NCBI GenBank assembly: GCA_028874795.1
Contig: JAPPHT010000070.1
Coordinates: 3,519 to 67,518 of the forward strand
Source of the DNA: Chloroflexota bacterium
Lineage (GTDB): Bacteria > Chloroflexota > Dehalococcoidia > Lucifugimonadales > Australimonadaceae
Direction of reading: 5' to 3'
Length of the DNA: 64,000 nt
The number at the start of each line of letters is the position of its first letter. The stretch's first letter is position 1. The position numbers and the translations under genes are program-made. The notes beneath the pieces are model-generated. The model saw nothing but the letters and a program-made list of their open reading frames with translations. It did not search any database and had not been told where the DNA came from. Of this stretch, positions 35,665-46,004 are shown one piece after another.

Positions 35665-36602
35665 GTGGAACGACAACAAGGGTCGAGGCCGACGGGGCGC
35701 TCATCATCAACAAGCCGAAGGCCGTGACGTCCATGGACGTGGTCCGGGCGGTGCGGCGCGTCACGCGCGTGAAGCGCGTGGGGCATGCCGGCACGCTCGA
35801 CCCGATAGCGCAGGGCGTGCTTCCCGTCTGCCTCGGGCAGGCGACCCGGTTCATGGACTACCTCGTCGACAGCGGCAAGACGTACGTTGGCGAGATCACG
35901 TTCGGCGCGGCAACGGACACGTACGACGCGGAAGGTCAGCAGACGGCGACCGGCGACTACGCTTCCCTCACGCGCGAGCAGATCGAGGAACAACTCCCAC
36001 GCTTCACCGGCGTCGTGCTGCAACGGCCGCCGATGTACTCCGCCGTGAAGCACGAGGGCCAGCGACTGTATGACCTGGCGCGCGCGGGCGTGGAGGTGGA
36101 ACGCCCGGAGCGCGAGGTGGTGGTCCACCGGCTGAGCATCCGGGAGTGGGAGCCGCCCCGCGTCGTGATGGAGGTGGACTGCGGCAAGGGGTTCTACATG
36201 CGCAGCCTCGCGCACGACCTGGGCGAGGCCGTCGGCTGCCCCGCTCACCTGAGCGCGCTCACCCGCACCCGCGTTGGGCCGTTCTCACTGGACGACGCGC
36301 TGACCATCGAGGAGCTTGAAGCGGAGGAGGACTGGGAAGGGCTGCTGGAGCCGCCGGATGCCGCGCTGCGGGAAGTGCCCGGCCTCCTCGTGCCAGCGGC
36401 CGGCGAGCGGCACCTGCGCAACGGACAGCCGATCAACCTGCCGGGCTCCGCCCCGTACGCGAAGCACCTGGAACCCCGCCGCGCCTATGCGGAGGACGGA
36501 CGCTTCCTCGGTCTGGTGCGTTTCAACCGTGCGGAGAGCTCCTGGAAGCCGGAGAAGATGCTGGCGAGACCTGTCCTCTCCCGCTATGCGCCGGAGCCGT
36601 AG
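35661..36602 (+). CDS. truB: tRNA pseudouridine(55) synthase
   Basis: GHAGTLDPIAQGVLPV catalytic motif. ATGA overlap with rbfA. Confidence 0.9.
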   Translation: MSGTTTRVEADGALIINKPKAVTSMDVVRAVRRVTRVKRVGHAGTLDPIAQGVLPVCLGQATRFMDYLVDSGKTYVGEITFGAATDTYDAEGQQTATGDYASLTREQIEEQLPRFTGVVLQRPPMYSAVKHEGQRLYDLARAGVEVERPEREVVVHRLSIREWEPPRVVMEVDCGKGFYMRSLAHDLGEAVGCPAHLSALTRTRVGPFSLDDALTIEELEAEEDWEGLLEPPDAALREVPGLLVPAAGERHLRNGQPINLPGSAPYAKHLEPRRAYAEDGRFLGLVRFNRAESSWKPEKMLARPVLSRYAPEP

Positions 36603-36605
36603 GCG

Positions 36606-36812
36606 ATGCGCTGGGAGTACCGCGCCGTTGCGCTCTGGCCGCGGCTCGGTGACGGCGCTGACGCCATGAACGACACGGGAGACGTCACCGGACTGCTGAA
36701 CGCCCTCGGCGCCGAGGGATGGGAACTGGCCGCGGTCGAGTGGCTGGCCGATGCAAACGCTCCTGGGAACCGGATGCTCACGGCGTTCATGAAGCGCCCC
36801 GTTGCGGGGTGA
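36606..36812 (+). CDS. DUF4177-like small protein
   Basis: 68 aa. MRWEYRAV...LLNALGAEGWELAAV...FMKRP matches the DUF4177 pattern. Confidence 0.55.
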   Translation: MRWEYRAVALWPRLGDGADAMNDTGDVTGLLNALGAEGWELAAVEWLADANAPGNRMLTAFMKRPVAG

Positions 36813-36833
36813 CCCTTACCCGCCGACAGCCGC

Positions 36834-37020
36834 GAGCCCTCTCGACTCCGCTGCGCTCCGCTCGAAGTGACAAGCCCGCCCCAGTCGCTGCCGCGAGCCC
36901 TCACCGCCCACCCATCCCCCGACCAAGTACCCTCACCCGCCGCGCAAGCGCGTCGACCTCTCCCCGAGGGAGAGGTGGGCAAGGGAGGGATGCGTGGTTC
37001 CTGACTTCGCAGGAACGACG
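36834..37020. repeat. Repeat mosaic: R3 + R6 + R2
   Basis: 36834-36877, 36930-36980, 36996-37020. Confidence 0.85.
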
Positions 37021-37084
37021 GGGACGGGGGAACGGCATATACTGAGCGGGCCGTCCGCGAGCGGACGGGGGGACGTACGAGCAC

Positions 37085-38275
37085 TTGGTCGAGACAGCCA
37101 CGCCCGCCCATCCCGAGCGACCGCGCTCGGAGAACCACGCGGCGCTGAAGATAGCGCTCGTCTCGCCCTACGACTTCGGTACGCCGGGAGGCGTGAACGA
37201 CCACGTCAACAACCTCGCCCGCGAACTGCGGGCGAAGGGTCACTCCGTCACCGTCATCGGTCCGCTGGCGAACTCCCGGGAGCGTAGCCTGGAACCGGGG
37301 TTCATACCGATGGGCAGGCCCGTCCCCGTGCCAAGCGGCGGCGCGGTCGCCCGCATCACCTTCTCCGTGTGGCTGGAGCCGAATGTGCGCCGGCTGCTGC
37401 GCCGGGAGCGGTTCGATATCGTCCACCTGCACGAACCTATGACACCGGCGTTGCCGTTCGCTTTCCTCCACAACTCGACCGCGGTGAACGTCGGCACGTT
37501 CCACACGTTCAACGGCTCGCGCTTCTACCGGGCTTGGCGGTACCTGAGCCGTCGCTGGTTCCGCAAGCTGGACGGGCGCATCGCGGTCTCCAAGCCCGCC
37601 ATGGACTTCGTCAGCAAGTTCTACCCCGGCGAGTACGACATCATCCCCAACGGCGTTGACATCGACCGGTTCGAGAACGCCCAGCCCTTTGAGCGGTTCA
37701 ACGACGGGAAGATCAACATCCTCTTCCTCGGCCGGATGGAGCGGCGCAAGGGCCTGAAGTACCTCGTCATGGCGTACAGCAGGCTGAAGTGGCGCTACCC
37801 GGACATCCGGCTCATCATCGCCGGGGGCGGCAATCCGGGCGAGGAGGTGCTCTCGCTCATCGGCGAGCGCGACCTGCAGGACGTCGAATTCACCGGCCTC
37901 GTCCCCTACCAGGACGTGCCGCGCTACTACCAGTCCGCGCACATCTACTGCGCGCCGAACACCGGGCGAGAGAGCTTCGGCATCGTGCTCCTGGAGGCGA
38001 TGTCCGCCGGCAAACCCATCGCTGCATCCCGCATCGACGGCTTCAGCAGAGTGCTTTCCAATGGAGTCGAGGGGTTGCTGGTCAAGCCGAAGGACGATGC
38101 GGCGCTCGCGAACGCGCTCGAACGGCTCATCGTTGGCGGGGAGTTGCGGCGCGAGATGGGCGCGCGCGGGCGCATCACGGCGGAGCAGTATCGTTGGGAG
38201 CGCGTCGCGGACCGCGTTCTCGCGTACTACCGGATGCTCCTCTGGCGCCGGGCGCAGCGGGACGCAGCGGGATGA
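37085..38275 (+). CDS. GT4-family glycosyltransferase (PimA-like)
   Basis: [18 protein letters not shown]-terminal domain and the E-x7-E region ([21 protein letters not shown]). The TTG start at 37085 is uncertain. Confidence 0.8.
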   Translation: MVETATPAHPERPRSENHAALKIALVSPYDFGTPGGVNDHVNNLARELRAKGHSVTVIGPLANSRERSLEPGFIPMGRPVPVPSGGAVARITFSVWLEPNVRRLLRRERFDIVHLHEPMTPALPFAFLHNSTAVNVGTFHTFNGSRFYRAWRYLSRRWFRKLDGRIAVSKPAMDFVSKFYPGEYDIIPNGVDIDRFENAQPFERFNDGKINILFLGRMERRKGLKYLVMAYSRLKWRYPDIRLIIAGGGNPGEEVLSLIGERDLQDVEFTGLVPYQDVPRYYQSAHIYCAPNTGRESFGIVLLEAMSAGKPIAASRIDGFSRVLSNGVEGLLVKPKDDAALANALERLIVGGELRREMGARGRITAEQYRWERVADRVLAYYRMLLWRRAQRDAAG

Positions 38276-38865
38276 AGGGCCTCGCACCGCGGCTGCGCGC
38301 GCGGGAGATGGCCGAGCGCTACTTCGCGCATCCGATCGCGCGCGTGCTCATCGCCCTCAAGGTGTCGCCGGACCTGCTGACGCTCGCCGGGTTCGGCGTC
38401 GCGGTTGTTGCGGCCTGGCTCATAGCGGACGGACGGTTGCTGGCGGGTGGCATCGTGATGCTCGCCGGAGCGGCGATGGACATGCTGGACGGCGCGGTCG
38501 CGCGGCTCTCCGGCAAGGCGTCCACCTTCGGCGCGTTCTTCGACTCGGTGATGGACCGCCTGGGCGAGGCTGCGGTGTTGTTCGGGCTTGCGGTCTTCTA
38601 CATGCGCGACGCACACGCGCTGGGCGTCTACCTGGCCTTCGGCGCGCTCACCGCGTCGCTCATGGTGAGCTACCTGAGGGCGCGCGCGGAAGGGCTGAAC
38701 ATACCGGGCGACGTGGGGTTCCTGGGCAGGCCGGAGCGGGTGGTGGTGCTCGGCGTGGCGCTGCTCGCGGGATACCCGGCGTACGGGCTCGGCGTCATCG
38801 CCGTTCTCGGCGCGCTCACCATGTTGCAGCGCGCCTGGCACGTCCGCAGAGCAACGCGGGGCTAG
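38272..38865 (+). CDS. CDP-alcohol phosphatidyltransferase (PgsA1-type phosphatidylinositol-phosphate synthase-like)
   Basis: [27 protein letters not shown] fits D-x2-DG-x2-AR-x8-G-x3-D-x3-D. ATGA overlap with the glycosyltransferase gene. Confidence 0.8.
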   Translation: MKGLAPRLRAREMAERYFAHPIARVLIALKVSPDLLTLAGFGVAVVAAWLIADGRLLAGGIVMLAGAAMDMLDGAVARLSGKASTFGAFFDSVMDRLGEAAVLFGLAVFYMRDAHALGVYLAFGALTASLMVSYLRARAEGLNIPGDVGFLGRPERVVVLGVALLAGYPAYGLGVIAVLGALTMLQRAWHVRRATRG

Positions 38866-38974
38866 GAGGCCAGCGGCGCAACGGCTCCGCGCGTGGTCGA
38901 GAGCGGTGTTCCTACGGGCCGCGCACGAACGAGGGAGGCTCCTGCATCATCCTCGAGCTGCCGTCAAGGCAGCG

Positions 38975-41056
38975 TTACCGCGGCCCCCGCACGAACTCGA
39001 ACGTCAGTATCCACACTCCGGTGGCGTTGATGGTGAGGGTCTGCCTGCCGCGTTCCGCATGGTCCGTCTCCGCTGTGCCTATCCGTACCGTCACGGTCTG
39101 ATGCAGCTCGACCACGGCGTTGGCGTTGGCCTGGGTGCGGTCCACGAGCACCCGGGCATCGTCACCTTCACCAATCGTGACTTTGAAGTCAGCGGGAGTA
39201 CCGGCGCAGTCGCTGGGGTTGGTGCAGTTATCGATCAGGTAGATCTTGAGGTTCCAGACGCCTTCGTCCAGGACGATGTTGGAGCGTTCGCAGCCGTCGG
39301 TGTCCGCGCAGTCGGCCACGCGGTTGCCGCTCACACTCTCCGGTCGCGGCGTCGGGGTGGGCTTCGGAGCGGAGAAGGGCGGCCAGTTCTGGTCGTGCGA
39401 GTTGTCGCCCCAGCAGACCGGGGTGCTGTCCGGGCGTATCGCGCAGGAGTGGAAGGCCCCGGCGCGGATGAAGTCGAATACCTCGTCGCGCGGTGCGCCC
39501 GTCTGGCCGGTGTGGTTGTTGCCCCAGCACATCGGCGTACCGTCCAGGCGGAGCGCGCAGGTATGCCGTTCGCCCGCGGTGATTACGCTGAAGGCTTCTC
39601 CCTCCGGCGGCGTGGCCTGCCGGTAGTTGCTGCGGCCCCAGCAGACGGGCATGCCGTCCTCCCGCAGCCCGCAGGCGTGGTCCCCGCCGGTGGTGAGGGA
39701 GACGAGACGCTCATCCTGCGGCGTGGGGATGGTCCAGCGGTCGATGTCGCCCCAGCACATCGGTGCGCCATCGGGCAGCAGTCCGCAGGTGAACCGATAG
39801 CCCGCGCTGATGGTCGTGAACGTCGTGTCACGGGGGACGAACGACTGCCATTCCGAGTTGTCACCCCAGCACTCCGCCTCGCCGTTCGGCAGCAGGGCGC
39901 ACGTGTGGTCGAACCCCGCGCTGATGGAGATGTAGATGGCGCGTGGCGCGTACAGGATGGACTGCGTCTGGTCCGCCGGGCGCGTTTCGGTCACGGGATA
40001 GGACGCGGAGAACGACCAGTGCAACCTGTTCAGCGACGGCGGCTCACTCCGAAGCGTGATGCGGACGACGCGTCCGCCGGGATCGTCCGCGACGTACTCC
40101 ACATCAAAGTTGTGGCTGCCGTACGTGCCCGAATCGATTGTCCACGCGGGGAGTCCGCTGCGGCTCTGATCGAGGGTCACCGATAGCATGAACGTCTGCG
40201 GTGTGAGCGAGTTGCGGCTGGCGACGGGAATCCCCGTGAGGGTGAAGGTGAGGTCTCCGGCCAGGTTTCCGGGTACCGCGAACGTGAGTTGCTGTCCGTT
40301 GCTCCTGAGCTCTCCCGCGGGCGCGCCACCGGTCGTGAGCAGTGGGCGCCTGGACGTGGTGACGACTGTCCGCTCGCCCTGCCCTTCAGCGCCCCAGCAG
40401 ACCGCGATGCCGTTGGGCTGCAGCCCGCAGGTGTGGTTGTAGGAGCTGCTGATGGAGGTGAGCCGCAGGTTGGGAGGAGGCGCAGCCTGGAGGTATTCGT
40501 TGTTGCCCCAGCAGAGGACCGAGCCGTTCACACGCAGGCCACAGGAGTGCGTGAGCCCGCCGACCATGCTGACGAAGTGGTCGAACGGCACCGGAGTGGG
40601 AGTAGCCGTCGGCCCCTGCGCCGGGGTCGGCGTCTCAGTCGGCTCCGGGAAGGGCGTGAAGTGGGGGAGTGGAGCGTCGCTCGACGGCGCCGGGCCGGGC
40701 GTCGGCGTGGACGTAGGCGCGGGAGGCGGTGTGGGCGTGGGCGTCAGGGTCGGCCGAGGCGTGACTGTCGGCGTCGGAGTCGGTATGGAGGTCGGCGTCG
40801 GGGTTGTCGTCGGCGTTGCCGTCGGGGCGTGCGTCGGCGAGGCCGTCGGCGTGGCGGTTGGCGTCGAGGTCGGTGTGGCCGTTGGCGTCGCGGTGGGCGT
40901 GGACGTGGGCATCGCCCCCGGCGTAGGCGTGTCCCTGGGGACCACCGGCAAGAGCGTCGGCTCCACACTGGAGCACGCGCCGATCAACGCCATCACCGTG
41001 ATGAGGGACGCGGCGAACCAGAAGCCGGGGTTCGTTCTGAACAGGCGCATAGGCAC
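38975..41056 (-). CDS. RCC1-repeat lipoprotein with Pro/Thr-rich linker
   Basis: Lipobox LIGACSS, an ~90 aa TPTATPT linker, and repeated ..H(T/A/S)C(G/A)L....G...CWG.. blades (RCC1/ATS1-like). Confidence 0.7.
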   Translation of the reverse strand: MPMRLFRTNPGFWFAASLITVMALIGACSSVEPTLLPVVPRDTPTPGAMPTSTPTATPTATPTSTPTATPTASPTHAPTATPTTTPTPTSIPTPTPTVTPRPTLTPTPTPPPAPTSTPTPGPAPSSDAPLPHFTPFPEPTETPTPAQGPTATPTPVPFDHFVSMVGGLTHSCGLRVNGSVLCWGNNEYLQAAPPPNLRLTSISSSYNHTCGLQPNGIAVCWGAEGQGERTVVTTSRRPLLTTGGAPAGELRSNGQQLTFAVPGNLAGDLTFTLTGIPVASRNSLTPQTFMLSVTLDQSRSGLPAWTIDSGTYGSHNFDVEYVADDPGGRVVRITLRSEPPSLNRLHWSFSASYPVTETRPADQTQSILYAPRAIYISISAGFDHTCALLPNGEAECWGDNSEWQSFVPRDTTFTTISAGYRFTCGLLPDGAPMCWGDIDRWTIPTPQDERLVSLTTGGDHACGLREDGMPVCWGRSNYRQATPPEGEAFSVITAGERHTCALRLDGTPMCWGNNHTGQTGAPRDEVFDFIRAGAFHSCAIRPDSTPVCWGDNSHDQNWPPFSAPKPTPTPRPESVSGNRVADCADTDGCERSNIVLDEGVWNLKIYLIDNCTNPSDCAGTPADFKVTIGEGDDARVLVDRTQANANAVVELHQTVTVRIGTAETDHAERGRQTLTINATGVWILTFEFVRGPR

Positions 41057-41180
41057 TCGTCCGGTTATCGTACCGCATACGGCACTCGCTGCCTCGTGGT
41101 TAGGGATGCGTGCTAAGCCGTATCCCGTGGCCCGCAGGCGTCCGGTTGTGCCGCCCCCGGCAGGGGCTTAGCCTTTCTGC

Positions 41181-42482
41181 ATGGCCGTCCTCACTCCACG
41201 CGGAAAGCCGTTCTACGGGTGGACCGTCGTCAGCGTGCTCGGTGTGTTCGGGGCCGTGGGGGTTGGCCTCGCGGGTCCGAACTTCGCGCTGTTCATCGTC
41301 CCGGTGTCGGAGGAGCTCGGGTGGAAGTCATCGACTTTCGGCTGGGCATTCTTCCTTCGATTCCTCATGGTCCTCGCCGCGGGCCCGCTGATCGGACGGC
41401 TGATAGACCTCCGGGGGCCGCGCCTGCCGGTCGTCGGCGCGCTGCTCGTGGCGGGAGGCGCGGTGCTCTGGCTGTCGCGCATCGCGGCCGCCTGGGAGCT
41501 GATGGCGGCGTTCATGCTCATCGGGCTGGTGGGCATGGGGCGCGCGAACGACCTGCAGGCCGGCGCGTCGATAGCCAAGTGGTTCGTCCGGCGACGCGGG
41601 CTCGCCATGGGCATCGCTCTCGGAGGCACGCCGCTCGGCGTGGCGGTCTACTACCCGCTCACGCAGCTGCTGATCGACAACGCGGGTTGGAGGGGCGCGT
41701 TGGTGTGGCTCGCGGTCTCGGGTATAGCCGTCGCCGTACCGCTGTCCCTGTTGCTCCGGCGTCAGCCGGAAGACGTGGGGCTGCTTCCCGACGGGGACGC
41801 ACCGTCGTCCGGTGCGTCCTCAGGCGCCAGCGGCGCTCCGCTGCGCGCAGCTCCTTCCGAGGAGCGGTCGCTTACGCGCAGGGAGGCGATGCGCACGGGG
41901 CGATTCTGGCTGATGCTGGGCGGCTTCACGGCGATGACCTACGGCGTGTCCACGCTCGCCATCTTTCGCGTGCCGCACTTCGTCGAGCGCGGGCTCGACC
42001 CCGGGCTCGTGGCTATCGCCATCTCCGTAGACGCGGTCATCGCCGTCGTTGCGAGCGTGCTGCTCGGCAGGGTGCTGGACCGCGCGCCGGTGCGCACGGT
42101 ACTCCTGGGCGGCATCGCGATCGGGGCTCTCTGCGCAGTGGGGCTGCTCGTCGCGGGGAGCGTCTTCTGGCTGTTCGCGGCGAACATCTTCTATGCGCTT
42201 GGATTCCAGAGCACGCACGTTGCCCAGAGCGTCATGTGGGCGAACCAGTTCGGCAGGAGGCACCAGGGCGACCTGCGCGGGTTCACCATACCGGTTACAG
42301 TGGGCGTGGGGGCGGTGGCGTTCCCGGTGACGGGGTACCTTCGGGACGCCGCGGACACCTACACGCCCGCGTGGTTCGTTGCCATAGGCGCGCTGGCTGT
42401 TGCGGGGGTGCTGCTGATGGCGGTCCGTCCGGTCCACCCTCACCCGCCGCTGCGCGGCGGGCTCTCCCCTGGGGAGAGGTGA
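41181..42482 (+). CDS. MFS transporter
   Basis: 433 aa, about 12 TM, KPFYGWTVV N-terminus, PLIGRLIDLRGPR loop motif. Confidence 0.8.
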   Translation: MAVLTPRGKPFYGWTVVSVLGVFGAVGVGLAGPNFALFIVPVSEELGWKSSTFGWAFFLRFLMVLAAGPLIGRLIDLRGPRLPVVGALLVAGGAVLWLSRIAAAWELMAAFMLIGLVGMGRANDLQAGASIAKWFVRRRGLAMGIALGGTPLGVAVYYPLTQLLIDNAGWRGALVWLAVSGIAVAVPLSLLLRRQPEDVGLLPDGDAPSSGASSGASGAPLRAAPSEERSLTRREAMRTGRFWLMLGGFTAMTYGVSTLAIFRVPHFVERGLDPGLVAIAISVDAVIAVVASVLLGRVLDRAPVRTVLLGGIAIGALCAVGLLVAGSVFWLFAANIFYALGFQSTHVAQSVMWANQFGRRHQGDLRGFTIPVTVGVGAVAFPVTGYLRDAADTYTPAWFVAIGALAVAGVLLMAVRPVHPHPPLRGGLSPGER

Positions 42483-42484
42483 GC

Positions 42485-42633
42485 GAAGGGACACCCACAA
42501 GGGGCGCTCTGACACCGGACGAGGTTACGCGCCAAAGCGCGGGCCTTCGCAGGAACAACGGAACCTCTCAACCCTGCCTCGCCCCGTGTGCCCTGCCCGG
42601 GCACGCTGGATTCCCGCCGGTGCGGGAATGACG
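42485..42633. repeat. Repeat mosaic: degenerate R5 + partial R2 + R1 upstream of ffh
   Basis: R1 CACGCTGGATTCCCGCCGGTGCGGGAATGACG at 42602-42633, preceded by the GTGCCC-TGCCC-GGGCAC hairpin. Confidence 0.8.
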
Positions 42634-42679
42634 AGACCAGGCCCGCGTCGTGCAGGGTCTCTGGTAGCCTTAGGCGGCT

Positions 42680-44020
42680 ATGTTCGACACGCTGACCGAC
42701 AAGCTGACCGCGGTCTTCAACCGCGTCGGCAACAAGGGACGCCTGACCGACGAGGACGTCGACGAGGCCTTGCGCGAGGTGCGCCTCGCGCTGCTGGAGG
42801 CCGACGTCAACTTCCGGGTCGCGCGCGATTTCACGGCGAAGGTGAAGGAGCGGGCAGCCGGCAGCGACCTCCTGCGCGGCGTCTCACCGGGGCAGCAGGT
42901 CGTCAAGCTGGTGCACGATCAGCTCGTCGAACTGCTCGGCGAAGGCGACAGGTCGCTCACTCCGGGCCCCACGCTCCCCGCCGTCCTGATGCTGGTCGGT
43001 CTGCAGGGCTCCGGCAAGACGACGGCTGCCGCCAAGCTCGCCCTCCTGCTCCGCAAGCGGCAGGAGCGGTCGCTCCTCATCGCCGGCGACCTGCGGCGGC
43101 CCGCCGCGATGGACCAGCTCGAAACGCTGGGCCGCCAGCTGGACATCCCTGTCTATCGCGAGAACGCAGGGCCGGACTCGGCCCCGAGTGTCGTGCAGAA
43201 CGGCCTCCGCAGGGCCCGGGAGATGGGCGTGAAGTGGGCCCTGGTGGACACCGGAGGGCGCATCCACGCCGATGAAGAGCTGATGGAGGAACTGGCGGAG
43301 ATGCGCCGCGTCCTCCAGCCTGCCGAGGTGCTCATGGTGCTCGATGCCATGACCGGCCAGGACGCGGTGAACGCGGCGGTTCAGTTCAACGAGCGCATCG
43401 CGCTGACCGGCCTCATCCTCTCCAAGCTGGACGGCGACGCCCGCGGCGGCGCCGCGCTTTCTGCCACACACGTCACGGGCGTGCCGGTCAAGTTCGCGGG
43501 GACCGGGGAGAAGCCCGACGCGCTGGAGCCGTTCCACCCGGAGCGCATGGCATCCCGCATCCTCGGGATGGGCGACATCGTCACGCTGGTCGAGCGGGCG
43601 CAGGAGCAGACCACGGAGGAGCAGGCCGCGGAACTCGAGCGCAAGATGCGCCGCGCCGAGCTCGACCTCAACGACTTCCTCAACCAGCTCCGCCAGTTGC
43701 AACGGATGGGACCGCTGTCCTCGATCCTCGAGATGGTCCCCGGCGCGCGCGGCCTGCGGTCGAGACTGCCCGCCGGCGCTGAAGGAGAGCAGCGACTGCG
43801 GCGCACCGAGGCGATCATCTCCTCGATGACGATGTGGGAGAGACGCCACCCCGAGCGCATCAACGGCAGCCGGCGGAAGCGCATCGCTGTCGGCAGCGGC
43901 ACGAACCCATCGGACGTGAACCAGGTGCTCAGCCAGTTCCAGCAGATGCGGAAGATGATGAAACAGCTCGCATCCGGCAGAAAGGGGAGTCTCCGCGGTC
44001 TGGGGTTGCCGGGGTTCTAG
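42680..44020 (+). CDS. ffh: Signal recognition particle protein Ffh
   Basis: MFDTLTDKLTAVFNRV.., GLQGSGKTTAAAKLA, DTGGRIH, and an M-domain with a Met-rich C-terminus. Confidence 0.95.
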   Translation: MFDTLTDKLTAVFNRVGNKGRLTDEDVDEALREVRLALLEADVNFRVARDFTAKVKERAAGSDLLRGVSPGQQVVKLVHDQLVELLGEGDRSLTPGPTLPAVLMLVGLQGSGKTTAAAKLALLLRKRQERSLLIAGDLRRPAAMDQLETLGRQLDIPVYRENAGPDSAPSVVQNGLRRAREMGVKWALVDTGGRIHADEELMEELAEMRRVLQPAEVLMVLDAMTGQDAVNAAVQFNERIALTGLILSKLDGDARGGAALSATHVTGVPVKFAGTGEKPDALEPFHPERMASRILGMGDIVTLVERAQEQTTEEQAAELERKMRRAELDLNDFLNQLRQLQRMGPLSSILEMVPGARGLRSRLPAGAEGEQRLRRTEAIISSMTMWERRHPERINGSRRKRIAVGSGTNPSDVNQVLSQFQQMRKMMKQLASGRKGSLRGLGLPGF

Positions 44021-44039
44021 GTAGGGGCCGCCAGGCAGG

Positions 44040-44142
44040 GCGAGGCACCTGCCTCCGCAAGAACGACGGGGTTGCGCGCCCGCCTCGCGGCGCGTCGTGC
44101 GCTGCCCGCGCACCTTGGATTCCCGCCGGTGCGGGAATGACG
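44040..44142. repeat. Degenerate R2 + R1 downstream of ffh
   Basis: GGCACCTGCCTCCGCAAGAACGACGG and CACCTTGGATTCCCGCCGGTGCGGGAATGACGG (44111-44142). Confidence 0.8.
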
Positions 44143-44143
44143 G

Positions 44144-45076
44144 TCAGTTGCCTCGCTTCGCGGCTTCGCGGGCGACGCGCTCCTGGCGGACGCGTGAGAA
44201 GAGGTAGGTGACGGCGAGGCCGCGGTATGGCTTCCAGCGCTCCTCCGCGAACCGCTCCAGTTCCTGCTCTGTGAGGCGCTTCCCCCCGAAGTAGTAGTCG
44301 CCGACGACGCGCTGGAGCGCGAGATCGCCTGCCGGAAGCGCATCCGGCCGTCCGAGCGCACGCATGAGCGTCCACTGCGCGGTCCAGCGTCCAACGCCTC
44401 GGATGCCGCTCAACGCCGCAACCGCCTCCTCATCGCTCAACGGCACGAGGGTCTCGTGGTCGAGGTCGCCCTGAAGGGCGGCTTCCGCGATGCCGAGCAC
44501 GTACTCGGCCTTGCGGGCGCTGAGCTTGAGCGCCCGCAGGGCGTCGTGGCCCGCTTCCAGCAGCGTCTGGGGCCGGGGGAAGGCGTGCACGACGTGCCCG
44601 TCGATGCGAACCTCAGAGCCGTACTCGGTCACGATGCCGTCGCGTATCACGCGCGCCACGATGCCGGACACCTGCTGCCCCACGACGGCGTGCACCAGCG
44701 CCTCCCACACGGTCTCAGTCCGGGTGTGGCGCAGCCCGCGCAACGAGCCAACCGCATCGAAGAGGACAGGGTCATTCGACAGCATCTCGTAGAAGCCTTC
44801 CATGCCGACGTCGAGTCCAAGCAGCCACGCGACGCGCTCCGCGGCAGCATCGAGCGTCGACATCGGGCCTCCGTTCGGCAAGGAGACCTCGATGCCGCCG
44901 GCAGCCGGGCGGGCCGCAACGCCGAGAGGCTGGTCGTCCATCCAGAGGGCGCGGTAGTACACGCCGTCCGCGAACAGGTCGGACCCGGCCTTGCCCCGGT
45001 AGTTGGTCTGGTGTCCGGCGGCGAGCGCGAAGTCGAACGGCTGCGGGGCGGGGATGACCCTGGCGGCGACGGCCAT
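44144..45076 (-). CDS. alkA: DNA-3-methyladenine glycosylase II (HhH-GPD family)
   Basis: GIRGVGRWTAQWTLMRALGRPDALPAGDLAL HhH-GPD motif. Start placed at the ATG overlapping the mutM stop (TGATG). The longer ORF-track start would overlap mutM by 100 nt. Confidence 0.7.
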   Translation of the reverse strand: MAVAARVIPAPQPFDFALAAGHQTNYRGKAGSDLFADGVYYRALWMDDQPLGVAARPAAGGIEVSLPNGGPMSTLDAAAERVAWLLGLDVGMEGFYEMLSNDPVLFDAVGSLRGLRHTRTETVWEALVHAVVGQQVSGIVARVIRDGIVTEYGSEVRIDGHVVHAFPRPQTLLEAGHDALRALKLSARKAEYVLGIAEAALQGDLDHETLVPLSDEEAVAALSGIRGVGRWTAQWTLMRALGRPDALPAGDLALQRVVGDYYFGGKRLTEQELERFAEERWKPYRGLAVTYLFSRVRQERVAREAAKRGN

Positions 45077-45900
45077 CAGTTCCGCACCAGGCCGCCCGGC
45101 TGGCAGGCGCGGCACCAACTCGTGATCTTCTGGTTCGGGCCGATCTCGGAGATGGACGCGCCGCAGCGGGGGCATGGCTCGCCGCCCTTGCGGTGCACCT
45201 TGAGAAAGTCCCGCACCTTCACATGGATGTTCGGAGGCATACGTTCCCGGACCACGTCCGTGGCCTCGTTCAGTACCCTGGGGATGGCGTCGAACAGGCT
45301 CCGCAGCTCGTCGTCCGAGAGCGAGCGGCGCTTGCGGAACGGAGATACACCAGCTTCCCAGAGGATCTCGTCCACATAGGCGTTCCCGATGCCCGCGACC
45401 ACCTTGCCCCGCGCTATGACGCCCTTGATCTCGCCGGTGTAGGGGCGAAGGCGTTCTACGAAGTCCTCATAGGTGCCGTCCGGATCGAGCGCGTCCGGGC
45501 CCTGCTCCTGCAGGCGGCGTATCTCTCCGAGCTGGTCCGTGTTCACGTAGTTGATGCGGCCCATGGACTTGTCGTCCAGGTAGCGCAGGTCCATCTCCTC
45601 TGTGCCGAGGAGGAAGAACACGCGCTTGGACGGCCTTGTCGAAGGCTCCGTGTACTGGAAGCGTCCCGTGAGCATGAGGTTGGCCACGAGCACGCGGTCG
45701 CCGCTCAGGGGGAAGAGCAGGTCCTTGCCCTTGCGCAGGATGCGACCGAACGTGCGGCCCACGACGTCGGAGAGGAAGTCGTCCGCGGCGAGGGAGCGGA
45801 CGATCCACGGCTTCGGAGCCTCGGCACGGACGATCTCCTGTCCGGCGATGCGCTCGTTCAGGAACTCGCGTATGACTTCCAGGTCCGGTATCTCGGGCAA
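45076..45900 (-). CDS. mutM: Formamidopyrimidine/Nei-family DNA glycosylase
   Basis: MPEIPDLEV N-terminus (catalytic P2/E3), H2TH region, and C-terminal zinc finger CPRCG-x16-CRAC. Confidence 0.8.
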   Translation of the reverse strand: MPEIPDLEVIREFLNERIAGQEIVRAEAPKPWIVRSLAADDFLSDVVGRTFGRILRKGKDLLFPLSGDRVLVANLMLTGRFQYTEPSTRPSKRVFFLLGTEEMDLRYLDDKSMGRINYVNTDQLGEIRRLQEQGPDALDPDGTYEDFVERLRPYTGEIKGVIARGKVVAGIGNAYVDEILWEAGVSPFRKRRSLSDDELRSLFDAIPRVLNEATDVVRERMPPNIHVKVRDFLKVHRKGGEPCPRCGASISEIGPNQKITSWCRACQPGGLVRN

Positions 45901-46004
45901 GCTGCGCCTCGCTTACGGCCGGTCGGGGAGGCCGTGGCCGCGAGTATAGCAACGTGCGCCGGGTGGACGGCGGGGCGGACGCCCACTAGGATGAAAGCGC
46001 TCCG

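Noticed and set aside
38906-40186. 426-aa plus-strand ORF
   Set aside because: It is antisense to the RCC1-repeat lipoprotein gene and has no motifs.
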